DNA from: Octopus sinensis
Taxonomy: Eukaryota
Direction of reading: 5' to 3'
Assembly (NCBI RefSeq): GCF_006345805.1
Contig: NC_043008.1
Location: 5,642,001-5,706,000, forward strand
Length of the DNA: 64,000 bases
The notes under the pieces are model-generated. The model worked only from the letters and a program-made list of their open reading frames with translations, was not told the origin of the DNA and made no database searches. Below, one piece after another: positions 25,958 to 40,043 of the stretch (position 1 is its first letter; each line of letters opens with the position of its first letter). The translations under genes and the position numbers were made by a program.

Positions 25958-26483
25958 ATAAAACAGCCATGAATATATATCATACTTAATGCAGGCACGT
26001 CGCGAAAGTTAGACTAGCTGCAATATTCGTCCGGAGATAATATCCCTTATGGACGTACTCCGTTCAAAAACACAAAAACTATGTCAGTAGCCGAAGAAAA
26101 TTGTCCAACGACGGCGGTGAGAATGCTGGACGAGCATTTCTGTATCATTGAACTTCATCAGTACTATGCTCTTATTGCTAACTGCACGCTAAGGTAAATT
26201 CCGTCGCTACTGATGCAGGAAAACAGTGATTGAAAAAAATCACTGATATTGCGATTAACCGCCCAGCTGAATAAAAATCCATTATATGCAACAGAAGCGG
26301 TATTAAATTAATCTAGTATTCTCTCTACCGTTGTTGGGACGAGTTTCGAATGCTACTGATATATGTTTGTGTTTTTAAACACAGTATGTTCATAAGAGAT
26401 ATTATCGCTGGACGAATATCGCAGTCAATTTACTTCTTGCGATGTAGCTGCGTTTTGTATGATGCACAGATGGCTATTTTAAT
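25958..26483. repeat. Diverged long inverted repeat (about 170-bp arms, about 180-bp spacer)
   Basis: 25958-26130 aligns to reverse complement of 26312-26483, e.g. ATATTCGTCCGGAGATAATATCCCTTATG vs ATATTCGTCCAGCGATAATATCTCTTATG. Confidence 0.85.
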
Positions 26484-26804
26484 CTAAAAATACTTCAAAT
26501 TATATTTTGACTCAGTTATTCGTCCAGATGATTAGTTCGATCTTTAACTTTTCTAAGTTGATCAATTTCACACCCTTTCCTCAATGACTGGGCAAGTATG
26601 CTTAAGTTTTAATTATAGTTTTTACGTACAGTTAAACTGTTGAAATAAGCCACAGCTGGTGGGACCTCGAAGTAGTTTTGAATAAAAAATATATTAGATA
26701 AAACTCTTATATAGAGTTTTTGTTGAAAACAATGTTCTTGGTTTTATGTATTCAAAAAACACTTTTTAAACATTATTTTATACGCATACCATATACAATG
26801 AGAG

Positions 26805-26835
<31 letters not shown>

Positions 26836-26930
26836 GATAGAGAGATTGAGGCGAAGACAGTTATATATAGAAATATATATATATATATATATATATACTA
26901 TATATATACTATATATATATATATATATAT

Positions 26931-26993
<63 letters not shown>

Positions 26994-28012
26994 TATATTA
27001 TATTATATATGTATATATATATATATGTATATATATATATTATTAACATATATATATATAATATATAGAAATTTATATATACATAATATATATATGCATA
27101 TACATATATATATATATATATATATAATGTATGAATGTATATGTGTATATACGTGTGTGTGAGTACTCACACACACACACGCATATATATATATGGAAAT
27201 ATGTGTGTAGAATATCTGTTTGTGTGTGTGTGTGCGCATGTCAATGTATATCTTTGTGTGTGCTTATGAGTGTAGAGAGAAATAAAATATATGGTTGGAC
27301 TGCAATGGAAGATATAATTGATAAATGCAAAAAGAAGAAGAAAAAAAACCTCAGTTCGCTTGTGATCTTAAGTGCTGTACTGACGCCATCTTGTATTGAA
27401 GGAACTAATCAACATTAAATGTTAATCGCGTTGGCATACTTCATATGGCTGGAAGGATATCAAAGAGGCTGGCAAGCTGAGAAACACTATTTAACTTCAT
27501 GTGCACTGTACCATAAGCCATATTTCGTTTGAAGGAGCTATGAATCTTGAAGATTCTTAAGATAACACAACTAAGAAATATTCAAAGATGAAGATCGATC
27601 AAGATTATATCTTTATTATAGGTTAAAACTTTTGGCATAAAATAAAACAGTAAATATATGTCAATGTGTTGTGTCTGACTATTTGAAAATATTAGTCTTC
27701 AATAATATTTTTTTTTTTTCAGTTTTCTGAATTAAAATGTAATTATAGTCTTTCGGTGGAAGAGTTTCTATATCTGAATTGCTAATTCGTAACCCGCAAC
27801 TATTGATGCAGTTAGCTGTTCTTTGCATTAGTTAATATTTTTCCGCGGCCCAAATTACATGAAAAAGAAAGAGTTGAACAGGTTAAGAGAGCGACAGGTG
27901 AAGAAGATTTGAACTCGTGTGTATGTATTAAAAGTAAACCGTATACTTTTGTATTTTAGATGTACCTTTTTGAGTGATGTCATTTAATGGAGCACAATAA
28001 AAGTTTAGATAG

Positions 28013-28170
28013 TGGCAGGCGTGGCTGTGTGGTAAGAAGTTTGCTTCCCAACCACATGGCTTTGGGTTCAGTCCCACTGCGTGGCACCTTGGGGAAAGTG
28101 TCTTTCTATAGCCTCGGGCCGACCAAAGCCTTGTGAGTGGATTTGGTAGACGGAAACTAAAAGACCGTCG

Positions 28171-28175
<5 letters not shown>
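28013..28175 (+). mobile_element. SINE family B, 5' half only
   Basis: Head through GACCGTCGTATA, then runs into (CA)n. Confidence 0.88.
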
Positions 28176-28209
<34 letters not shown>

Positions 28210-28539
28210 ACACACACACACACACACATGTATGTGTATGTGTGTATTTATTACATGCACCTATATGTTGCATCGATTAGCAAAAACGTCCCAACAGAAC
28301 ACAAATATCACAAAATATTCAATAGAAAAGTTAGCTACTGTTGCATAGACTATAAGCATAACACACAGTCACTAAACAACAATGCAACAATGAAATCACA
28401 GCACACAGTCGTAGACACAGGAAACTAAAACAGAGCTAGACCACGCCCTTTACACGGATATTTCCTCCAGATCTTATCTGCTACAAACCAACAGAATCGC
28501 AAGTTGGGCAACGTGAGCAATCTACATCAGCACCAACGG

Positions 28540-28780
28540 AGAAAGTTTCAAAGGCAGTGACAAGTAACACACATATTCCAGAATATAAGCAAAACAAATG
28601 CAACTTCCCTCTTTAAGCACATCTGGGAATTAAAAAAAAATACGAGAGCAAATATGAAATGGGAAATAATAGACTCTGTAGCACCACATAAAAGGTTCCA
28701 AATTTGCTTGCTGCGCAACACAGAGAAGTACCATGTAATCACGAATAACACATTCATTAAACAAAGGAATGAAATAATTC
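28540..28780 (+). pseudogene. Penelope-like element GIY-YIG endonuclease C-terminal relic
   Basis: From 28597: NATSLFKHIWELKK...MKWEII...ICLLRNTEKYHVI...QRNEI, matching the TxLSxHIWxLK...WxI...CxLCxxEK...NKRxE pattern. Confidence 0.75.
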
Positions 28781-28931
28781 TTTTAGAAGTTGAATAATTT
28801 CATCTTTAAAGGAAGAAAAACGAAAGGTCCGAGCGTCAATCTGGATAAGATATCCCCCAAGTCCTCCCATACACACCCCAAAACGTTGCTTCCATAAAAT
28901 TCAAACACAAACATCCTTTTTCTACTCTTTG

Positions 28932-29157
28932 TCTCTATTGAGTACTTCAGTTTGGTTCTCAATGTATCTCTAAAAGAAACGGAGAAACTCTCGAAATGCA
29001 AAGATCCGGAAATAGAAATGATTCGAACGTGGAACCTGAAAACAGAAAGAATACCCATAATAATTGATGCTTTAGGAATGATTTTAACAAAAGAAACAGA
29101 CGGGGACAGCTAGGATTCTGAGATTGGTACTTGGATGTTGAATGTCTCCCACGATGA
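28932..29157 (+). pseudogene. R4/Dong-like REL endonuclease 3' relic
   Basis: NVSLKETEKLSKCKDPEIEMIRTWNLKTERIPIIIDALGMI and AARILR-like terminus. Confidence 0.75.
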
Positions 29158-29556
29158 TAAACATTTCTACCATTTCCTTCTACCTGTTCCCCTGTATTCC
29201 TTTTCGCTCTTTTTATTCCTTCTCTTTTCTTTAAATAAAGCGCACATTACACCACCATATTTGCTTACACGAAGGAAAATGTTTTGCTCTGACACACGTA
29301 AACAAAAATATCGACTCACAGCAACACACAAGACAATAACAAAGCAAGCATTGGCCATAACACTTGCAAAGATACTAACACTCTCACATATACGAAAACA
29401 AAGCAATCTGAATATCTATAATTCAAATAGCACAATAAAAAAAAAAAAAACAGAGGGCGCTGGTTACAACGCCCACGTTCATTTATACAAACAAACAAAA
29501 TCATCAACTCATTTATAATTTCAACAACACGCGATAACTCTGTCCTCTTCCTTTCG

Positions 29557-29968
29557 GGATCTTTTCGGTTTGAACGGCAGTTTTTTTCTAGCGGTGTCAT
29601 ATGAAATTGTCACCCATAATTATGACCCTAGTATCGATCTATTACATTTCAATCTATTTTAGGGTTAGGGTTAGGGGGAAGGGTATCTTTTTTTCTTCAC
29701 AAATGTAAATAAACCCAATCTGTTTCTTAAACGAGGGACATATTCATACGGCACAGAATGCTTTTTACCTCAATAGACGTCACTGATTGGTTGAAATTGC
29801 AGAAATTGAAGAAAAAGAACAACAAATATCTTACAAACTATAGAATTTTCTCAATAAAACCAAGAGAAAAAGATGTTTTATAAACACATTCTACCAGTAT
29901 ACGAAGTTTTAAATTTTTTAGTTACCTAGAAATTATGTTAAATACTGCCTTTCAAACCGAAAAGATTC
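29557..29968. mobile_element. MITE with about 28-bp TIRs and internal (TTAGGG)3
   Basis: GGATCTTTTCGGTTTGAACGGCAGT / ACTGCCTTTCAAACCGAAAAGATTC; TTAGGG x3 at 29659-29676. Confidence 0.8.
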
Positions 29969-30825
29969 ATTATTTTTATTATTACACGATGATATCAATA
30001 TTTCACAGCATTGAATAGATTTCTCGCATCACAATACACAACATGACTTTGTGTATTTCAGTTACGTAAGGTGCTTTTCTATTTGATGTTTGTTATGCCA
30101 TAATAAACATATAGAGGTGGGTGCTATGAACTGTTAGTATTGTGTTAGCAAGCTTTCTATGCGGTGCCATAATTAGATATTAATAGATACCAGTTCCTCG
30201 GAATGAGGTTTAGAACAATCGTAGATAATGATGAGAGAAGAGGAGACAGAGGAAGGAAGAAAGAAACAGACGGTGATAGGCAGACAGACAGACAGACAGA
30301 GGAGTAGAAAGATATGTTATTGACCCACGAATAGAATCCGTAGATATTCACAGAAAAAGAAAAGAGATAAATATAATAAAAGAAAGGATTAAAATTTAAA
30401 ACGTGTTGTTTGCTCTTTGACAGAGCAAGTATCGGTTGAGCTGGTTGGCGAGGTCAACACGAGTTAAAAATATTTGACAGAAGCAGCAAGAGTTATTCAT
30501 GTTTACTACTTGCATGAGAGTTGTGGTAGATTTGGTAGCAGAAGCGAGCCATGAAGAAAAACTGGTTGGCTTGCTTCGTTTGTTGTTTATATTGGTCTTC
30601 AAGGATAAATAAATAAAACATAAGCATCATCGCGTCATTGCTGTGTTTACAGCATTTACAGGGTGTTTTGCAGTGGTATGAATGGTGTCGAAGGTGTTTA
30701 ACAATTTTACAGCGAACCCCGAGAAGAAGGATCGACCGGCATTATTTCAAGTAATATTTGTATTTGTCCTCGCTGGTAGAGATATAAATAAATATGTGTT
30801 TACAATGTTTAATGGGTGTATTTTC

Positions 30826-31143
30826 AAGTGGTTAAAGCTTACGATCGTGAGGTTGTGAGTTCGATTCCCGGACCGGACTGCGTGTTGTGTTCTTGAACAA
30901 GACACTTTATTTCATGTTGCTCCAGTTCACTCAGCTGTGGAAATGAGTTGCGACATCACTGGTGCCAAACCGTATCGGCCCCTTTACCTTTCCCTTGGAT
31001 AACATCAGTGGCATTGAAGAGGGGAGGCCGGTATGCATGGCCAACTGCTGGCATCCCACAAACAACCTTGCTCGGACTTGTGCCGCAGAGGGTAACTTTC
31101 TAGGTGCAATCCCATGGTCTTTGTCGTGACCGAAGGGGGTCTC
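30826..31143 (+). mobile_element. SINE family D
   Basis: Reverse complement of 2626-2967, 5' head partly eroded. Confidence 0.9.
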
Positions 31144-31329
31144 CTCTCTCTCTATATATTAACAGTTTGACAGTTTAACAGTTTTCTAAGTTGGTTAAAG
31201 TATCGGCTGCACTTTACAACCCTTGTAGCTATGTGGCTAATATTTCAACTGTTGTTATTGTTATTGCTGTTGCTGCTGTTGTAGTTGTTGTTGTTGTCAT
31301 TATTGTTTTACTTCTCAGAGCTCTCGGTC

Positions 31330-31905
31330 TTGTTTGCTCTAATTGATTCTGTGAGAGCGAACAACAGCCTGTCGTCAGAGGTCTTACGGAGTCTCTTTCC
31401 GCGCATTATAAGCTTTGATACTTGGTTGTCAATTATCGTGGGAGACATTCAGCATCCAAGTGCCAACCTCAGAATCCTAGCTGCCTCCGTCTATGTTTGT
31501 TTTGTTACACATTCGAATCATTTCTATTTCCGGATCTTTGCATTTCGAGAGTTTCTCCGTTTCTTTTAGAGATACATTGAGAACCAAACTGAAGTACTCA
31601 ATAGAGATCTTGGACGGATACATGCAATCCTAGAATAGAAGAAGGTTATGGAAAGACACAGGAACGAACTGCAAAGGAAGTGCGTCAGGCGCGAAGGACT
31701 GCAGGTAGTTAAAGAAGAATAAAAACAAAAAACAAAACAGTGTTAGGTAAAAAAAAATAATAACAGAATCCAACAGAAAATAAATTAGTACCAGCCGAAT
31801 AAATTTTTCAAGAACAAGGAAAGAAAATTCTAGAAACAACTGAACAATGAAAAGGAGCATCAGGGAAAGGACATGCCAGATGCTGAAGCAGGAAGAAAAT
31901 TCTAA
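31330..31905. pseudogene. R4/Dong-like fragments in both orientations
   Basis: 31432-31607 is the inverse of 28932-29157; 31810-31905 (+) gives RKF*KQLNNEKEHQGKDMPDAEAGRKF. Confidence 0.6.
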
Positions 31906-32165
31906 AAGAAAAGGAAGTCAGCAACAATAAACGTATTACATCTTTATCTTTTACTCTGGGAGTTATTCACTGGTCTCAATGCTGATAAAATATAATATTC
32001 TGGGAAAGGAGAATTTATTTCTAGCGGAGCAAAGAGGATACAGAAAGAAGTTAAGGGGAACTGCTGATCTGTTGTAAGTAGATCGTAGGATATTAAATGA
32101 GTAAGAAAGAATTTAGCTATTGGTTGGATATATTACATTTAGTACTTTTTTCGCTGTATTGTGTA

Positions 32166-32551
32166 CTAGCAGTATCGCCCGGCGTTGCTCAGGTTTGTAA
32201 GGGAAATAACTATAAAGCATTTTTAGAGAGTTATAGCCAAAAAATAGCAAAAAAATGGAAAAAAATGATGGTAAATTTTTTTTTGAGAGTTAAAAATGGA
32301 TGGAGTTGCGTCCCCTAGACAGTTTGTGGTTCGTGTTTCTGATTCTCGACCCCATGTCGAATTTATCGATTTTTTTCAGAACTGGGGAAACTTTTCAAAA
32401 TTTTGGCTGCGTTAGTTTTGAATTATGACATTGGGCTATGTGTGTGTCAAGTTTCATCAGAATCGGTTGAAAGCCGTGGTCAGGGTGAGGGTACAAGCAA
32501 ACAGACACACAGAAACATGCACAGACAAACTGCCGTTTATATATAGAGAGA
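32166..32551 (-). mobile_element. Non-autonomous Helitron, second subfamily
   Basis: Same A|TC and hairpin-CTAG|T termini as 8284-8673 but a different interior. Confidence 0.85.
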
Positions 32552-32842
32552 TTTGTTTCTGTTTTGCATTTGTTTCTTTTTGCATCTGATTTTTATTGAT
32601 CTTCTATAATAATGAAGCTGTATCCTTTAATTTGCTACTTTTCTATACACATACCGAGAAGAAACCATACGGAACAGAGGTTATTTTAACGAGATACATC
32701 TTGTAATCACTCGAGGAGACACATCTACACAGACGGATACTCCTAAACCAGATGTTCAGTATGTTACTCGTGAGGAATTGATGCTAGATGGATCGGCACA
32801 ATTGTAGTGATCAATAAACATTCTCGTATCTTCCATCTTCCG

Positions 32843-32894
<52 letters not shown>

Positions 32895-34379
32895 TCAGAC
32901 ATACACACATATGTATGCATTCATGCATGTATGTATGTATGTATGTATGTTATTAGCATATGTGTATGTGCATCAACACATCTACGTTAATGGGCTTTAT
33001 TACTTCCAATGAAGATAAGACACGTAATACAAGAATCCATTTGTTGTTTGAAATTACATTTGTAGTTAAAGTTCTGTACACGAAAAATATAAGCCTGCAA
33101 TAAGTTTTTTTTTTAGGTCAGACATCAGGAAAATGGATCTCAAAAGTGTTTCTGTGTATTTCACACGGCTCAAAGTCAATAGATTAATAACTAATATATT
33201 CCAAACGAAATAACTAGAAAGATAACGCCAAACTGTTTCTCACAACTCGTCAGACGCTAATTTATATAATGAATTCTTGTCTCCCGAAACTAAATACATA
33301 ATGACCAGCTTCTAAATAACACTAGTCCTACACTATTTGTACACACACGACTCAGTTTTAATATTCTTATATCCCATTTTCTTCCCAGGGAATTGATGAT
33401 CAAACAGTACAATATATTTCAACTAAGAACTAACTGTCAATCAATTTATCGAATTTTTGTTATAGTCGCATATATTTGTAACCTATCAACTTCAAGAGAC
33501 ATTGGTTACATATTAAAAACGAACGCCTTAGCATTTTTATATTCTTGATTGTGATGTTGATAACTTCATATTCTTGCTCTTTTGCAAATATTGACTACGT
33601 TTCTTTTGGTTTAATGTGTAGAACTCATTATTCCAGCGCTGGTTTTTGTTTTGAATATATTCTTGGTTATATTGTTTTTAGATTTTTGTTTGATGTTTAT
33701 TTAAAAAAAAATCTTCTGGATGATGAATATTCATGAAACTATAGTTATAGCATTTTGTTCGTTATTTCTTGTTCCTCTTTTCCTTTGGTCATATTTTTAT
33801 TTTGTATTTGTATTCGCAGTCATTCCCGTGGTTAGATAGGAATTGATATGAAAATTTAGTAAGTGATAAATATCTGACCTAATTCGGTTCCGAACATGAA
33901 GCATACAAAGAAATATTAACACAAGAACGGTAAATTATAAAATTTATATAATCATTCATATATATGTACATACATGCGTACATTCATATGCACGTACATA
34001 CATGTATGATATATAAATACATACAATCATATGTGCGTACATACATGCATGATACATGCATACATACATGTATACATGCATGCATGCATACATACATACA
34101 TACATACATACATACATACATGCATAAATGCATGCATACATGCATACATACATACATGCATGCATGCATACATACATACATACATACATACATACACACA
34201 TACATACATACATACATACATACATGCATAAGCTTGGATTTTCAGAAAAAGAAATCAACCAAATGAAATGCACATTACAAATGCAATCTGTAAGCGGAAC
34301 AATAAAACTCTGCAAGACTTTACTCAGGTTTAAAATGTGACAGTGCTTTCATTATCTACATTCCAAAGATGGAGCTTTG

Positions 34380-34735
34380 TGTCTTTGTTAGAAACCAATG
34401 CTCTCTTCAGATGAAGAATTCAATTAGTTAAAACCCAAAAGAACAACCCCCCACATGCATTCACGCATCAGCAGAAGCGACAAAGTGATTCAAGGTCCGA
34501 GAGTTTCTTGCATGGCACTTATACACAGAGGTCCAGATACTGTAATAGCTTGGGATTTAAAGGCCCATAGATCTTCAACACCTTTCCAAAAGAGATGAGG
34601 GACCTACATGTTGTGGATGTAGATGTCTTCAATACTAAACTGGGTCTACTCTTGTTAAAGAGTCCCAAACGAGCCAACTTCGCGACAGGAAGCGGAAGTG
34701 ATGGCACAGCATAAAACTCCCTCATTCACGAAATG
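34380..34735 (+). pseudogene. CR1/L2-type LINE 3' relic
   Basis: RYCNSLGFKGP*IFNTFPKEMRDLHVVDVDVFNTKL, typical C-terminus of CR1-like ORF2. Confidence 0.75.
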
Positions 34736-34874
34736 CCAACTATTCTTTTCTACTCTAGGCACAAGACCCAAAATTGTTGGGGACCAGTCGATTAGATAGA
34801 ACCCCCCAGTACGCAACTGGTACTTAATTTATCATCTCCGAAAGGATGAAAGGCAAAGTCGATGTATGTATGTG

Positions 34875-34957
<83 letters not shown>

Positions 34958-36830
34958 CACGCACAAGCATAGATACATGCATATAATTTGTGCATATATA
35001 TGTATACATTGGAAAGAAACCTATTTGTGAGAGAAATAATGAGAATGTAATCATAGTTTTCTATGTTTTTGATCTAGGTATAAAAGAGGAGGAAAGACTT
35101 ATCCAGCCGCTCTCACTAACTAATACCACAGAATACTCAGATGCTATATAAACCAGTCATACCTCTGGCTATCACCGTAGTGGAAAGCTTAATTTGTATA
35201 TGTGTGCCCTTCACAGAATATGTTAATTAAGTTCTATATATCTTAGGTACAACACAGTGTAAATAAGAAGGATTAGAGTAAATTTGAATAATAAAAATAA
35301 CTTAGTTGTGAGAGAAAATATTTACAATGTAAACACCGTTCATTCTGTGCTTATAATGGCGGAAAGGAGAGAGGTGAACTTCTTGTAGGACTGTTTCAAG
35401 GTTTGTTGACTGGTTCTTTGAGAAGACACCTCCTTATCGCTCCTCTTCTTCTTCTTCTTCTTCTTCTTCTTCTTCTTCTTCTTCTTCTTCTCCCCTCCTC
35501 CCCCTCTTCTTCTTCTTCTTCTTCTTTTCCGCCTCCTCCTCCTCCTCCTCCTTCTTCAATCATTAACAGAATATTTAGTTTATATACACATACATACAAA
35601 CATGCATACATGTATGTATGTATGTATGTATGTATGTATGTATGTATATGAGTATGTATGTGCCTCTGGGTGTTGTGCATGTATGTATGTGTGGATATAT
35701 ATATGTATATATATGTAGTTATATACATATACATATATAAGTATATATCTTATATATATATATTATATAATATAGTATATATATATATAGATATATATAT
35801 ATATATATGTTAATATATATATATATATACATACAAAAACACACATACTTCTATGTCTTCTTCTATCGCGTCCCCCTATTATGTAGCTTTCTACGCATTA
35901 TTATTTTCTCTTTCATTGAAAATATTGTCGTTGCAACTTTATTTCTTTCACACATTTCTTTACTTATGACTTCTTACCGCGAAAACAAGATTTCTATTCA
36001 AGCTCAGATAATTCTGCTTTTGTTTTCTTCATCTCTTTTTGTCTCTCATCTCACTTATCTTCTTTGTCTTTTTATAATTTTTATTTAAATGAAAACTTAA
36101 GCTATTACTACGTTATTTCTCTTAGATATGTATGGATGCGACTCGATATTTCTGCAATACAATTTTTCGTGGAGCGTTTTTTTTAAAAATCCACCATGTT
36201 TACAGTCTACACTCAAAACGGATGAAGTTAAGGTGAAAAAAAAAAAAAAAATTATTTCGTGAAATCTCTTTTCGTGTCTGTCCCCATTTTCCCTTTATTT
36301 TTTTTTACGAGTTATTAATGTTTGTCTTACATGACCGAAAACAATAGCTACATCACTGCTTCTCTTATTCATATCCATATACGACGGAATCACCTCCGGT
36401 GTGCCAACCTATCTCACGTTTGGCTTTAAAGTTAGCTCACTGTACTTTAACCGTTCTCTCTTTCTCTGTATGTACTGTATTTTGAAATAATAGCATGAAA
36501 TTTAATATCAAAAAAATTTCTCAGGAAGATATATATGTCTAAAATAGTATTGTATTAAAAATATATGTAAATATACGAAACATGACAGTTTAAAAATGCG
36601 TTAATTAATGTATCTTACGATCGTTTCACGTAAGTATTTGTCATAATACTGGAATCCATTGTAGAAACACATTAATAGACAATACTTGCGCTCGTCAGAG
36701 ATGGAGAAGATAAAGTTTTTATAATATATCGAATGTTGTTTTGAAATTAGAAAAATTTTAATAGATTAAAATTTACTGGTTTAGATTTATGCAGGTAGAC
36801 TTTGGTAAGAAATTTAAAGTTTGTATATAT

Positions 36831-36867
<37 letters not shown>

Positions 36868-38719
36868 CCTTGGTAGATTCATCTCGGTAATGCATGACAG
36901 TTTTGTATAAACAGTACCTTATCCTGCATTCCGTATTTGAGATGTAGCAAGTTGACATTTTATACAAAGAGCACTCATTATAAATTCAGTGTATAATATT
37001 CTAACAGAATATATTTCATGATACAAACTTATGTATGTATGTATGTATGTATGTATGTATGTATGTATGTATGTATGTATGTATGTATGAAAATCGAGAT
37101 CGAGCGAGCTTTTGCCCTTTTGCTCGACGTGTGGTTTCCGTCCACGCTGAGCTCGACTTGGTGTCACCAGAAACAACCTTAAGTCATTGAACATCAGCAG
37201 TGTTCTTTGGTAACGTCTGCTACTGGAAAAGAGTCGATGGTTAATAAAGAATAACAATATGCCGCTGTTTAAGAAAATTCGAATTGTCCATTTACTAGTG
37301 AAACGTACTGCCCCTAAAGCAGAAAATGGGATCCCTATTTGGTAAATGTTCGTAGAAAGAATATCGCCAGCGCATTCCGTAGTTGCATTATATTTTCAAA
37401 AGCTGGACTTATCAGACATTCCAGGAGATTCAGATAAAATTCTTACATGCATTTAGCTTCCTTGGCTCTAATGGACAACATATAAGCATGTCACAGATTT
37501 CTCCCTCCTAGATTTCTATCCTTTCTATATATACACCGTTCTATATAATAATATCGTTTGAAAATCAACTTCAATTGAAGCTGGTTGGTTTGAAAGTATT
37601 AACATAAGGCTTAGATAGTGATATATTAAACATTACTCATATACATATTCTCGCACGTTATGGAATGCTTTGTAAAGCAATCAGCGGCAAGCTTCTGTCA
37701 CTGCTTTCCGCGTTCATGCAAACATGAGAATTTTTTCGAGCATTTTTTTTCAATACATCATTAATAACACAATTTCACTTGACTGACGACTGAAAACTAT
37801 TCATTTCCTCTCATTATTTTCATTTGTCTCAGACTTCGGCATCTCAACGTTCGGATCGTTCGCTGATCTTGACTTCGGAAAATCAATTCCACTACATACT
37901 TGGATTTTCCGGTTGACATTTTATTATGTTCTTCTACGACATGCGGAACGTCTAGCTCTGATCCATCACACACACACACACACATGCACACACATACACA
38001 CATGCATACACACATGCATACACACACACACATACATACACACGCAGACGCACACATGCACACACACATACACACGTATACACACACACATGCACACACA
38101 CACATACACACACGCACACACACACACACACACTCTCTCTCACACACACATGCGCACGCATACGCATGCGCATATATGTACATTGTGTAAGTGTATGAGT
38201 TTGTGTGTGTGTGTGTGGAGAGGTGTACAGAAGGCAAGATCACTAGAAATGTCGAACGGAATATATTTCCAGATCAGCATTTAAAGAATGTGACGAACAT
38301 TTCTCAGTGTTTTTCAGACACTGAATCACGTCCCTAATTCTTCAGATGTCGCGAACAGGGCATTGGAACGTCTCTTGTAAGACTGGCTCCCATGTCTGTG
38401 TGTGGCGAGTCACAAGACAAACTGCTACGTCGATTCCCGCGAAAATTTGGTAAATGTAAGCGAGGTAACTCTGCTTGAATTAACTTTCGTTTGAAGGGGA
38501 GGTAACTCCTAGATACACCCTGAAGTTGATCGTCTCGGTTGAATTGTTGTCGGTCAACCACTGCAGAGAGATTGATTTGGAGCTGGGGACAGACTTAGAC
38601 TTTTATAGTACACGTGGCTTCCATCGTTGAGCGAAAATACACATTAGCACTTCCTGTGCACATATATTCAATCAAATAATTAAATACATACATACATAGT
38701 CACTCATTCATACATACAT

Positions 38720-39268
38720 GGTGGCTGCCCCCTCGTTATCGAGTATGGCCACTGCACGAAGCTTAATCAATGTTGTTATCGTGCAATGCCTGTGCAAAAA
38801 GATTTTTTTTTTAAAGTGAGGAAAGGCTGTGCACTGAGTCAATCCCACTCACTAAGCAACAGCAGCCATAATCCGAAAAGAAGAACAAGCCAACATCATC
38901 GGTAACCACTGAGCCGCAGGTTTTATGTCGGAGTTATCCCAGTTACTTGAGCTACCTTCTCCAAGAAGGATGCCCTAACAAAGGCTAGGAGTCCTTCACT
39001 CCCAATGGTTTAACCGTGCGATCGAGTATTCAGTCCGATTATTTCTATGTCCCCGCGCATGATACAGCCTTAAGACATTTATTTGGATGGCCGTTGACTC
39101 TCAAGAGATCCTCCGCCCTTTGACGGGTTTTGCTTTTCCTCCCGCAGGGTGTCCAATAAACACCCTCCTCACCAAGCAAGCTTGGTAGAGTTACCGGTTT
39201 AGTCGCCGATGACCCGACCATGCAACAGGTTGTACTGGGTTACATGTACAGGTTGTACTGGATTACAT
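38720..39268 (-). mobile_element. Probable RTE-related non-autonomous retroposon
   Basis: GC-richer block ending in a (TATG)n tail on the minus strand; 5' motif CGGCGACTAAACC recalled from RTE 5' UTRs; no ORF; single copy in window. Confidence 0.45.
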
Positions 39269-39893
39269 ACATACATACATACAACCAGGGACGTGCCGCT
39301 TAGGTAGGCAAAGTAGGCAGTGCTTACCTTGAATAAAATCGATCGACAGCAACATTTTCCTTTTCCGGCAAAATATGCACTTAATTCAGTAAAATTATGA
39401 AGGTTACATTGATTGCCATGCATAAAATGCAATATATATATATATATATATGTAGAATAGGTAGGCATAATTCGCCCCTGCATTTCAATCTCAGTATTAA
39501 AGCTACACATAGTTCTGCTGTAGTACACATGCTGCTTACATTCCTACAATAACGTTTTCCCGCAACCTTTTCAATAGTTTTGAGTCAAGACTATTGAAAA
39601 GGTTGCAGACGCAACGAAAATTTTAGAAAAATAAAATGATAAACAAGTGGAAATTTTACCGGTGAGTGTGTTATATTATAAGGCACAAAAAGAAAATGAT
39701 TCTCCCCAGACACAACAGAATATGCTTCAACACGCGAACTCACATAAAGAATCTTGCAAAACAAATCCAAAAACGAAAATATATATATATATATATAATA
39801 TCTATATATATAATATATATACCACGTATGTATGCATGTATATGTATGTATGTGTGTATGCGTGTATCTGTGTGTGTATGTGAGCGTTATATA

Positions 39894-39957
<64 letters not shown>

Positions 39958-39978
39958 AGTGTGTGCGTTGTACTATCC

Positions 39979-40009
<31 letters not shown>

Positions 40010-40043
40010 CATATATATATATATATATGCATGTATACACACA

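Noticed and set aside
2272-26483. Apparent excess of plus-strand G-U wobble pairs in the three long hairpins
   Set aside because: Hand tally about 26 wobble versus 16 A-C type mismatches overall and 15 versus 11 in the largest; too weak to claim RNA-level selection
29659-29676. Telomere or chromosome-fusion remnant
   Set aside because: Only three units and internal to a TIR element
32630-32820. Open frame ending DVQYVTREELMLDGSAQL* followed by AATAAA
   Set aside because: No start codon or convincing acceptor; expected by chance at this length
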